From: an uncultured Gammaproteobacteria bacterium
GTDB lineage: Bacteria > Patescibacteriota > Patescibacteriia > UBA9934
Length of the DNA stretch: 64,000 bases
NCBI GenBank assembly: GCA_964552565.1
Contig: CAZKGL010000001.1
Span: forward strand, 628,816-692,815
Direction of reading: 5' to 3'
The notes beneath the pieces are model-generated. The model made no database searches. It saw only the letters and a list, made by a program, of their open reading frames with translations, and had not been told where the DNA came from. The first letter of the stretch is position 1. Each line of letters begins with the position of its first letter. Positions 40,495-48,378 of the stretch are shown here, in pieces. The translations under genes and the position numbers were made by a program.

Positions 40495-40911
40495 CTAGAG
40501 GAGCGCCGCCGGAGAGGCCGCGATCCACACGGTACGGTAGAGAGGTTCGAGCGTGAGCTGCGCGACCGATCCCGGCCCCGCTCCGACGTGGTCGAGGGCC
40601 AGCCGCAGGGTCGCGACGTCGCTCCGCAGCGCGAAGTCGTGCCAGCCGCCGAGCCGCAGCGGCGTCGGCTTGGTCACGAGCACGTAGGCCGCGTCGAGCC
40701 GGTGTTGAGGCGGGTCTCGATACGCGCGCGCGTCCAGCGTGTCGAACAGCTGCCAGAGGAACACGCGGATGACCGCGATTTCGAACGCGACGGCCGCAGG
40801 AGCGTCATCCGTCCAGACGACGTTGCGCCTGGCGCAGTAGGCATTCACCGTCGGCCATCGGTCTTCGAGGCGGGGCGCACGCGTCCGCCCGCCATTCAGG
40901 AGGACGAGCAT
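40495..40911 (-). CDS. hypothetical protein, convergent between the two large charged genes
   Basis: 138 aa from MLVLLNGG; better composition than the overlapping plus-strand ORF; no family recognised. Confidence 0.35.
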   Translation of the reverse strand: MLVLLNGGRTRAPRLEDRWPTVNAYCARRNVVWTDDAPAAVAFEIAVIRVFLWQLFDTLDARAYRDPPQHRLDAAYVLVTKPTPLRLGGWHDFALRSDVATLRLALDHVGAGPGSVAQLTLEPLYRTVWIAASPAALL

Positions 40912-41018
40912 GGGCACCTCTCGAGGTGCAGTGACGCTACCAAAAAAACGCGATGTTGTCAACAGGTTTTGTCGACGGGTTAGCCAAAAACTTGGTATAT
41001 TTTCTGAAAATTGCCCGT

Positions 41019-42884
41019 ATGCCCCGACGCATGTCCGCAGCCGCCGAACTCCCGAATACCACACCTCCGCTCCGCGCCGCGGAACGCGCGCCGCGACGCG
41101 AGCACGCAGACCAACAGGCCGAGGTGCAAGCCGAACAGGCCCGCCTCAACGCGGCGATCCTTGAACGCGCCAACACGATTGGCGTGGGCGACACCGTATT
41201 CCGTATCGGCAAAGGCGGTGCGCGCGAGGCATGGGACATCGTCGGCATCGGCGACCGTGGACGCCTGCAGGTGCGCGAGCATGAGACGGATGAAAAGCGG
41301 CCGCTCCTCGAGGAGGTCGACGACATGGCGCTCGGCAAAGAGCTGGTGACGCAAGAGTACGCCGGAGCGTTTGCCGAGCAGTGGGACAAGGCGGTCGAAG
41401 GTCTCTCCGCCGATGCGGGAACGCTCGAATCGGGAAAGGCCGGCGCACTTGACGAAGCCGCAGCCGCGTATGTCGACGGCATCCTCCGCGGCGAGGCGCA
41501 AGATCCTGGCGCGCTCATGCGCCAGGCCGTGGAGCGGATGCGGTTGCGCGAGGTCGCGCCGGTCGAAGAAGCGCCCAAGGCGTACGCCGACCTCCTCGCC
41601 GAGCGCATCGAGGCGTTCCACGCCGGCATGCCGGTGAGCCGCATCGAGCGCACGGGCAAACGCAGTTCGTGGAAGATTGACGCACTCGACGCATTCGACC
41701 AGGTGCATCTCGTCGAGCAGCGCGTCACCGGCAACCGCGAACCGCGGATGATGACGGTCGATGAGGGGGACTTGGCGCGCGAGCAGATCGTCATTGCGCA
41801 CGCTGCGGAGGTCGCGGACCGGTGGGACGACGCAGTGGCCGGACTCGTGCGGAAGGGCTCGCCGGCAGAGGGACGTCTTGCGGCGATGCGGCAGCAAATC
41901 ATCGACGGCGCCGCGAACGAATATGTACGCTCCCTCGAGAAGGGCGTGCCCGGCGACATGGCGACAATGCTGCGCGAACGCGCCGACGCCGTGGTGTTCG
42001 CGGATGAAAAGGAGCGCGCTCGCGCCGAAGACCGTCGGCAGGCGGCAGACGCAAAGCGCCGGCTCGCACTCGGCCTTGCGCCAAGGGAGAGGGCCGCGGA
42101 ACCGGCTCGCGCGCCAAAGCCCGAGCGGCGCGCCGCCGTGACGGCGTCCACCGACGAGTTCCAGACCGAAGAAGCCCCCCGGCATCAGCCGTGGGTCGGC
42201 GATGCGACGACGCTCGAGCGGACCGAAATCCCGGAAACGCGCGTCGCTGCGCCGGTCGGCGATGCGGAGGAGCAAGAAATCCTCGAAATGCCGGAGGCAC
42301 CGGAGACTCCAAAGGCTCCCGCACCCATCGAGCGTCCGAAGCGTGAAAAAACGCTCGAGGACCTCCGCGCCGACCTCAAGGTGATTGAGGACGACATCGT
42401 CCAGGCCGAAGCGCGAGGCGCAAGGAAGGACGTCTTCGAGGAGCTCGCGGCCGAGCGGGAACAGGTGCTCGACGCGATCCGTGCAGCACCGACGCCGGAA
42501 GCGGCGCCCGTCCAAGAAACGGAACCCGACGCGCTCGATACGTGGTTCGCCGCGGATGCGACGCAAGAAGAGGAGGCGCGTATCCGCGCACAAAGCCGCG
42601 AGAACATCCTTGCGCGGCCGTCACCGGAATTCCTCCTTGTCGCCGAACAGTTCACCAACGACCATGAAGGGTTTGCCGATGAAATCGAAACCCTGCGCGC
42701 GGCCGGTCTCTTACAAGACGACCGTGGCAACGACGTCACGCTCGAACGCCTCCAGCATGCGAAGGATTCGCGTCCGTTCGATTACGTCTTCAATCGCGAT
42801 AACTACCGGAACAGCAGGCGGTACTACGTCAGCCTCATCCAAAAAGCGCGGAAGGCCTGGGCAAAACAGCACCCCATGGGTTAG
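41019..42884 (+). CDS. large charged (E/R/A-rich) hypothetical protein, paralog 2
   Basis: About 620 aa from MPRRMSAAAEL (the track ORF starts 22 codons earlier in AT-rich sequence); N-terminal EAWDIVGIGDRGRLQVREH block homologous to paralog 1; long charged middle. Confidence 0.6.
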   Translation: MPRRMSAAAELPNTTPPLRAAERAPRREHADQQAEVQAEQARLNAAILERANTIGVGDTVFRIGKGGAREAWDIVGIGDRGRLQVREHETDEKRPLLEEVDDMALGKELVTQEYAGAFAEQWDKAVEGLSADAGTLESGKAGALDEAAAAYVDGILRGEAQDPGALMRQAVERMRLREVAPVEEAPKAYADLLAERIEAFHAGMPVSRIERTGKRSSWKIDALDAFDQVHLVEQRVTGNREPRMMTVDEGDLAREQIVIAHAAEVADRWDDAVAGLVRKGSPAEGRLAAMRQQIIDGAANEYVRSLEKGVPGDMATMLRERADAVVFADEKERARAEDRRQAADAKRRLALGLAPRERAAEPARAPKPERRAAVTASTDEFQTEEAPRHQPWVGDATTLERTEIPETRVAAPVGDAEEQEILEMPEAPETPKAPAPIERPKREKTLEDLRADLKVIEDDIVQAEARGARKDVFEELAAEREQVLDAIRAAPTPEAAPVQETEPDALDTWFAADATQEEEARIRAQSRENILARPSPEFLLVAEQFTNDHEGFADEIETLRAAGLLQDDRGNDVTLERLQHAKDSRPFDYVFNRDNYRNSRRYYVSLIQKARKAWAKQHPMG

Positions 42885-44623
42885 CGCGGCAATTCCGCCG
42901 CTGCGCGTGCGCGATCGATGAGTTCATCCTGCGGGATGAGCACGTCCTCATCTTGTCCAAAGACATTTACCTTGAAGTTGCCGCCTTCGACTTCCTTTGC
43001 GCCGACGACGATCGTCCACGGTACTTTTTGTGTCGCCGCCTCGCGGATCTTCTTCCCCACCTTCTCGTTCGAATCATCAAGGTGGACGCGGATGCCGGCG
43101 TCCGCGAGCGTCGCCGCAAGTTCCTTGGCGAACGGCACGAAGTCTTCCGCGACCGTCGCGACGCGAACCTGTTCCGGCGCGAGCCAGAACGGGAACGCGC
43201 CGGCGTAGTGTTCGATCATGACGCCGATGAAGCGCTCGAGCGAACCCAAGATCGCGCGATGGATCATGACCGGGCGCTTCTTCGTATTGTCGCTGTCGAC
43301 GTACTCGAGCTCGAACCGCTCCGGCAGGTTGAAGTCGAGCTGGATAGTCGCGAGCTGCCACTCGCGGCCGATGGCGTCCGTGGCGATGAAGTCGATCTTC
43401 GGTCCGTAAAACGCCGCTTCGCCCACGCCGACCTCGTACTCGCGTCCCATGTCCGCGAGGAGTTCCTTAAGCGTGTCGACCGCCTTTTCCCACACCTCAG
43501 CACCGCCGAGGTAGGCATCGGGCTTCTCGGGATCGTTCACCGACAAACGGATACGCAGCGGCATGCCGAACGCGGCGTAGAACGTCGTGATGATGTCGTA
43601 AATCGCCTTCGCCTCTTCCTTCACCTGGTCCATGCGGCAGAAGACGTGCGCATCGTCCTGCGTGATAGAGCGGACGCGGGACAGGCCCTGGAGCTGGCCG
43701 GTATTTTCGTCACGGTACACGGTCGTCACTTCGCTGAAGCGCAGCGGCAAGTCGCGGTAGCTGCGGCCGCGCGACGCGTAGATCTGCGTGTGGTGCGGGC
43801 AGTTCATCGGCTTCATGACGAACGCATCGTCCGTCTTCTTGCTCGAAATATGGAAGATGTCGTCCGAGAACTTGTCCCAGTGGCCGCTCGTCTTGTAGAG
43901 GTCGCTCTTGGCCATGTGCGGAATGTTGACCTTGGTGTAGCCGTACGGTTTCATGAGCGACCAGACAAATGCCACAAGCTGCTCGCGCAACACCGTGCCG
44001 CGCGGCGTGAAGAGCGGAAGACCCGGGCCAACGAGCGGCGAGAAGGTAAAGAGGTCGAGCTCAACCCCCAGCTTGCGGTGGTCGCGCTTCTTCGCTTCCT
44101 CGAGCATGGCGAGATACGCGTCGCGCTCCGCCTTACTGCCGAACGCGATGCCGTAAATACGCGTCAGCTGGTCGTTCTTCTCGTCGCCGCGCCAGTACGC
44201 GCCGGCGATCTTCGACAACGTGAAGCAGTCCGGGTCGACGTCGGCGAGCGAGTCGGCGTGGCCGCCGCGGCAGAGGTCGACGTAGTTGCCGGAGGTGTAG
44301 AGCGTGAGCGTGGCACCGTCCTTGCTAAATTCATCGATGAGCTCGAGCTTGTACTTGTTGTCGGCAAACACCTGGCGGGCTTCGTCGGCCGTCACTTCCT
44401 TGCGGTCGAATTTGCTCCAGCTCGGCATGAGCTCGCGCATCTTCGCCTCGATCTTCGGCAGATCTTCCTCGGAGATCGGTTCACTGAACGCGAAGTCGTA
44501 ATAAAATCCATCATCGATGGCCGGACCGATGGTGCGCTTGGCATCCGGGTAGAGCTCGAGCACGGCGGCCGCGAGCAAGTGGGCCAAGGAATGTCGCAAA
44601 TGCTGAAGTTCGTCGTTCTGCAT
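42881..44623 (-). CDS. thrS: threonyl-tRNA synthetase, short form lacking the N-terminal TGS domain
   Basis: HxxxH editing-domain start (HLRHSLAHLLAAAV), class II motifs (FHISSKKTDDAFVMKPMNCPHH, GMPLRIRLSVNDPEKP) and the anticodon-binding C-terminus; start trimmed to MQNDELQHL. Confidence 0.95.
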   Translation of the reverse strand: MQNDELQHLRHSLAHLLAAAVLELYPDAKRTIGPAIDDGFYYDFAFSEPISEEDLPKIEAKMRELMPSWSKFDRKEVTADEARQVFADNKYKLELIDEFSKDGATLTLYTSGNYVDLCRGGHADSLADVDPDCFTLSKIAGAYWRGDEKNDQLTRIYGIAFGSKAERDAYLAMLEEAKKRDHRKLGVELDLFTFSPLVGPGLPLFTPRGTVLREQLVAFVWSLMKPYGYTKVNIPHMAKSDLYKTSGHWDKFSDDIFHISSKKTDDAFVMKPMNCPHHTQIYASRGRSYRDLPLRFSEVTTVYRDENTGQLQGLSRVRSITQDDAHVFCRMDQVKEEAKAIYDIITTFYAAFGMPLRIRLSVNDPEKPDAYLGGAEVWEKAVDTLKELLADMGREYEVGVGEAAFYGPKIDFIATDAIGREWQLATIQLDFNLPERFELEYVDSDNTKKRPVMIHRAILGSLERFIGVMIEHYAGAFPFWLAPEQVRVATVAEDFVPFAKELAATLADAGIRVHLDDSNEKVGKKIREAATQKVPWTIVVGAKEVEGGNFKVNVFGQDEDVLIPQDELIDRARAAAELPR

Positions 44624-44790
44624 AGAAAAATAAATGCCCGACGCCGCCCCAAAAAGGAGCAACGTCGGGCCCCGGTCGGTCCGGGGGGTTCCACCCAACT
44701 TCCCTCTTAGCGAGGGCACTTTTCTCTGTTGCCTCTCCACTCCCGGATTGGTGGTCCGATCGGCATGGAATGAGTCCATGATAGACCATT
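44624..44790 (-). promoter_or_regulatory. candidate T-box-type leader with terminator hairpin upstream of thrS
   Basis: On the thrS sense strand: AGAGAAAAGTG, then GAAGTTGGGTGGAACCCCC (T-box-like GGGTGGNACC), then GCCCGACG-19 nt-CGTCGGGC hairpin followed by ATTTATTTTTCTATG. Confidence 0.35.
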
Positions 44791-44867
44791 AGTGGGCGAT
44801 GTCAACGGCATACAATATCCACATTATCTCTCGCCCTGCCCAATCATCTACGCTACGATACTGTTAT

Positions 44868-45287
44868 ATGCGCGAACACCAGCCCGATAATGACCACGGG
44901 GGAAGACATGTCCCAGTCGATGCTGAAGATTCACAAGCTAATCTCTACGATAAGGACGTTGACGGAACACCCACCGGGAGTCCTGAAGACACTGCGATAT
45001 CATTGAGGAGAGATGATGCCATGCGGCAGTTCGAAGATGTCTACAATCAGCTTAACGATCGTGACCGCAAAGAACTCAAAAATGCTATCGCATGGAAAAA
45101 TCCGCATATTCTTGGTGCTCGATTACACGAAGCACTTCGGCACCTGGACGACGAAGATCTCAAGGTGCTCTTCAGTCGGATGGATGAAAGCGATAGGCGC
45201 AAAGAGGAACAAAAGGCCATTACTGCCCAACAAAAAAAGGACAAGAGCGCACTCGCCAAAGCCTGGGACTGGCTCAAGCGACACTAA
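44868..45287 (+). CDS. small hypothetical protein in an AT-richer patch
   Basis: 139 aa from MREHQPDND (the track ORF starts at 44799 but would overlap the thrS leader); charged and helical; GC is visibly lower than the flanks. Confidence 0.4.
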   Translation: MREHQPDNDHGGRHVPVDAEDSQANLYDKDVDGTPTGSPEDTAISLRRDDAMRQFEDVYNQLNDRDRKELKNAIAWKNPHILGARLHEALRHLDDEDLKVLFSRMDESDRRKEEQKAITAQQKKDKSALAKAWDWLKRH

Positions 45288-45306
45288 TCATCTCATAAAA
45301 AGAACA

Positions 45307-45341
45307 GGCGACCTCTGCCGAGGCCGCCTGACGTTTTTTTT
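45307..45341. terminator. bidirectional rho-independent terminator
   Basis: AAAAAG-GGCGACCTC-tgcc-GAGGCCGCC-tgacg-TTTTTTTT. Confidence 0.65.
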
Positions 45342-45346
45342 CCGGG

Positions 45347-45736
45347 CTACTGCCCCTCCGCCGCCTGCATCGCCTCCTTGAGCAGGAACTCGATGCTGCC
45401 GGCGTGGACCGCGCGGTACTCCACGAGCTCCCGCAGCTTGCCGTACCGAGGGTCGGCGAGGATCGAGGGACTGATCTCGATCGTCGGGAAGAGGTACTGT
45501 TCCCCACAGACCGGCGCCTCGATCACCAGACGCAGCCCCTCCGCCCGGAAGGTGACGCGGACGAACGAGGCAGGCACCCCGTCGATAACCTGCACGGTGA
45601 CCCCACGACGGTAGTGCGTGAGCAGCGAACCGTCGTCGCGCGGACCACTCTGCAGCCAGGAGACGAACGGGTCACCCTCGGTGCGCCGGGACACCGACGA
45701 AACGATCGACACGAACAGTTGCGCGAGAAGAAACAC
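45347..45736 (-). CDS. hypothetical membrane-anchored protein
   Basis: 129 aa; N-terminal TM helix (FLLAQLFVSIVSSV) then a small beta-rich domain; no family recognised. Confidence 0.45.
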   Translation of the reverse strand: MFLLAQLFVSIVSSVSRRTEGDPFVSWLQSGPRDDGSLLTHYRRGVTVQVIDGVPASFVRVTFRAEGLRLVIEAPVCGEQYLFPTIEISPSILADPRYGKLRELVEYRAVHAGSIEFLLKEAMQAAEGQ

Positions 45737-45804
45737 AAGTCCTCCAAAGAACGAAAAAGAATACCATAAAAAGACCGCGCAGTCAATGTGCTGCGCGGTC
45801 TTTC

Positions 45805-46029
45805 TTACTCTTGCGACTCTTCGATATCGATCGCAATGTGGTCCTTCAAGGTTGGAATTCTCTTCAGCCAGAATGGCGTAAACGTCACGCTCACCTCCTT
45901 GATGCCCTCACTCACCGAGAGGAGCGTCACCACCTCCGAGGGCGAGCGGCCGACGAAACGATCCTTGTCGAAGATATCGGCGTGCTCGGAGAGGAGCGAG
46001 GTGCCGTCGAGAAACCCATCTAAGACGAA
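45805..46029 (-). pseudogene. truncated divergent copy of the 3' end of the upstream gene (46056-47234)
   Basis: Reverse-strand translation LDGTSLLSEHADIFDKDRFVGRSPSEVVTLLSVSEGIKEVSVTFTPFWLKRIPTLKDHIAIDIEESQE* aligns with the last ~70 residues of the full gene (LDGIATISESADVFAKERFVGRSAQEVLTLL...SVTFTPFWLKRVPTLKDHISIEVEDISQD*). No upstream start; begins at the palindrome. Confidence 0.5.
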
Positions 46030-46066
46030 GTCAAGACTAAGTCTCCCGGGGAGACTTAGTCTTGAC
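46030..46066. repeat. perfect 36-bp palindrome overlapping the stop codon of gene 46056-47234
   Basis: GTCAAGACTAAGTCTCCC|GGGAGACTTAGTCTTGAC: an 18-bp arm and its exact reverse complement with no spacer; the gene's last five codons and stop lie in the right arm; the truncated copy begins just beyond the left arm. Confidence 0.75.
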
Positions 46067-47234
46067 TGATATCCTCGACTTCGATGGAAATATGGTCTTT
46101 AAGGGTCGGAACGCGTTTCAGCCAGAACGGGGTAAAGGTGACGGAGGAGCTCTGGACCGCTTCGGACGCAGACAGGAGCGTCAGGACCTCCTGCGCCGAC
46201 CTGCCGACGAACCGCTCCTTCGCAAAGACGTCCGCGCTTTCCGAAATCGTCGCGATGCCGTCGAGATAGACGGACAGGCTCGCGGTCCCCTTCGTCTCGT
46301 CCGCGGCATCGATCGTCACCTGCATGCCGTCGCGGTTTACGGTCGCCATCTCGTAGCCGGTCGGGAGCCGCGCCGTGAGTTCGCTCGTCACGTAATCGCC
46401 GAGCAGGAGCTCGCTGTAGTACACCGCGGTGATGCGCGCGGTGATGGAGACGGTAAACGAGTCGGTCTCTGTACCGGGCTGCGTGTCGCTCTTGCGCTCG
46501 AGCACGTCCACCTGGTACGCCTCGCCGGGAAACACGGTCCGGTCGACGCCTTCCGCAAGCTGCACCTTCGCCGCGGCGACCATCTCGTCCGTCAACGAGT
46601 TCACCGCATCGTTCAAGTCTTGCTCGGAAAGCACGCGCACATACGCCACGCCGCCGGTCATCGAGTCAACGCTCACAGCGTAGATATCGTCCTGGAGCGA
46701 GGTCGGGAGGCCGGGGATGGTGAACTGCGTCGGGCCGATCTCGCCCGAGAGGCCGGGCTGGTCGGCGTGCGCCATGACTTCCACCTGGCCGTTCGCCGGA
46801 ACCACGACATACGAATCGATACGGAACAGCACGCCCTCTTCGGACATGAGACGCGTACTGCCGACGAGCGCCTGGTCTCCGCCTGTCTTGTTGATGAGCG
46901 TCACCATGCCGCCCGCCTTCTGCTCGACCGCCGTACCGCCCTCGCCTTCCAGTGCGAACGTCTTGCCCTGCGAAAATCCCTCTTGCGCGACGATGCCCGT
47001 CATCTCGCCTTCGTTCACCGGGTTTGGGACGACCTCGACCGCGGCGGTGACGCTGACAAGTTTCGGGTTCGGGACGATGCGGATCGTCGCCCGAGAAATA
47101 GAAAGATAGAGGACGACAAGGAGCAAGAGCAGGGTGCCGATGACGAACAATACCGCGATCCGCTGGTACATCCGCAGTGATCGCGAAAGCGGCCTCCTCC
47201 CCGCACCTCCTTTTTTCGGTGCGCCTTTGACCAT
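46056..47234 (-). CDS. membrane-anchored hypothetical protein with a C-terminal cassette duplicate downstream
   Basis: About 392 aa from MVKGAPKK (ATG at 47232-47234; a TATAAT box ends 8 nt upstream, suggesting a near-leaderless start); N-terminal TM helix; large Thr/Val/Gly-rich ectodomain. Confidence 0.6.
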   Translation of the reverse strand: MVKGAPKKGGAGRRPLSRSLRMYQRIAVLFVIGTLLLLLVVLYLSISRATIRIVPNPKLVSVTAAVEVVPNPVNEGEMTGIVAQEGFSQGKTFALEGEGGTAVEQKAGGMVTLINKTGGDQALVGSTRLMSEEGVLFRIDSYVVVPANGQVEVMAHADQPGLSGEIGPTQFTIPGLPTSLQDDIYAVSVDSMTGGVAYVRVLSEQDLNDAVNSLTDEMVAAAKVQLAEGVDRTVFPGEAYQVDVLERKSDTQPGTETDSFTVSITARITAVYYSELLLGDYVTSELTARLPTGYEMATVNRDGMQVTIDAADETKGTASLSVYLDGIATISESADVFAKERFVGRSAQEVLTLLSASEAVQSSSVTFTPFWLKRVPTLKDHISIEVEDISQD

Positions 47235-47486
47235 ACGGGCCAATTATAGCTCAGTCGGCCCCATGCCACAACCGCGAACAGAAGGCGCAAATCGTTCTCA
47301 GGGCAAGCGCAACAACATGCGCACTGTCGGCCTATAGTTTCCGACTGTCTTTTATACGGGCCATAACCCACCAGCGCGACACACCAAGACGTTCAAGTTG
47401 CGGACGGTTCGTCATGAACGCGCAGATCCCCGGCCTCGCTTGCGCGAAACCGGGGATCAAGGGTCCAAGGTGCCAAAGCCGGAGGG

Positions 47487-48104
47487 CTAAGGCTCCGAGT
47501 GACCGAGGAGCGCCTTGCTGACGAAGAGGAACAGGCAGAGCGGCTCGTAGATGCCGTCGAAGTGGCTGTCGGCGAGGTCCCGCCTGTCGTTGCCACCGAG
47601 GAGCACAGCGACGCGGCGGCGGCCGCCGTCGACGGTGAACGAGCCGACACCGACGATCGGATTCTTCCGCTGCAGGTCCGGGTAGGCGCAGCCGAAGTCG
47701 TTCGTCTCCGTGTGCGTGGCGGGCCAGTAGCCGTGCTCGTCGCCCCACAGGATCGCCATCTCCACCGTGGTGCGGGGGAAGCCCTTCAGGAAGAACACGC
47801 GATCGCCCGGCGTCATGTCGCGGTCCATGCAGCACTCGTGCGGACTCCAGGCGTAGCGGCCGTTGAAGAGCTCGCTCGCGCTGTTGTGCAGCTCGCCGTT
47901 CAGGCGGCTGAGCGCGGGGAGCGCCCCGGTCGTGCGGACGCGGTAGTGGTGGGGCGGCAGCTCGCCCTCCGGGAGGGACTGTGGGAGCTGGACGCGACCC
48001 TGGAGCAACGCCGACATGGCGTCGTACCCGATGTGTTTTGGGTGGTGGGGGCTCCGACGCTCGAGGAGCTGGATGAGCTGCTTGTCGCTGATCTGACGGG
48101 ACAT
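47487..48104 (-). CDS. hypothetical protein
   Basis: 205 aa from MSRQISDKQLIQLLERR; diverse composition (W, H, C, Y) in contrast to the Ala/Arg/Glu-rich antisense ORF 47499-48242. Confidence 0.5.
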   Translation of the reverse strand: MSRQISDKQLIQLLERRSPHHPKHIGYDAMSALLQGRVQLPQSLPEGELPPHHYRVRTTGALPALSRLNGELHNSASELFNGRYAWSPHECCMDRDMTPGDRVFFLKGFPRTTVEMAILWGDEHGYWPATHTETNDFGCAYPDLQRKNPIVGVGSFTVDGGRRRVAVLLGGNDRRDLADSHFDGIYEPLCLFLFVSKALLGHSEP

Positions 48105-48235
48105 GACTACCTCGCAACGTTCGATCCACCGTGCCGTCGTGTGACAGACAACGGATCCACGAACGCTCGAATGCACGGGAACCGCCGTGCCGGATGTGTC
48201 GGAGATGCCCCAAATGGCAAGCCCAACAGCACAAA

Positions 48236-48264
48236 AATATAGTATATTTTAGCCAAAAAGTCAA
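48236..48264 (-). promoter_or_regulatory. candidate sigma70 promoter for 47487-48104 inside an AT-rich palindrome
   Basis: Reverse strand: TTGACT, 17 nt, TATATT; overlaps the 17-bp palindrome AAAATATAgTATATTTT (48233-48249). Confidence 0.3.
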
Positions 48265-48378
48265 GAAAACAGCCCATTTCGGACCGTTTTCTTGGTTGGC
48301 GGGGTCAAGAGACCCCGCCTATAGAAAAACCGATGCGCTGATCTGGGCGCCTGAAGCGCCCACAGTTATCCACATATC

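Noticed and set aside
42953-44710. 585-aa plus-strand ORF
   Set aside because: Antisense to thrS.
45805-46066. diversity-generating retroelement (template/variable repeat pair)
   Set aside because: Differences between the two copies are spread over all four bases rather than confined to adenines, and no reverse transcriptase is nearby.
45788-46269. plus-strand ORFs of 93, 70 and 61 aa
   Set aside because: They overlap the minus-strand cassette fragment and the 3' end of the 46056-47234 gene; the minus-strand reading gives the conserved C-terminal sequence twice.
47499-48242. 247-aa plus-strand ORF
   Set aside because: Ala/Val/Arg/Glu-rich antisense of the 205-aa minus-strand gene, which has a far more protein-like composition and a plausible promoter.
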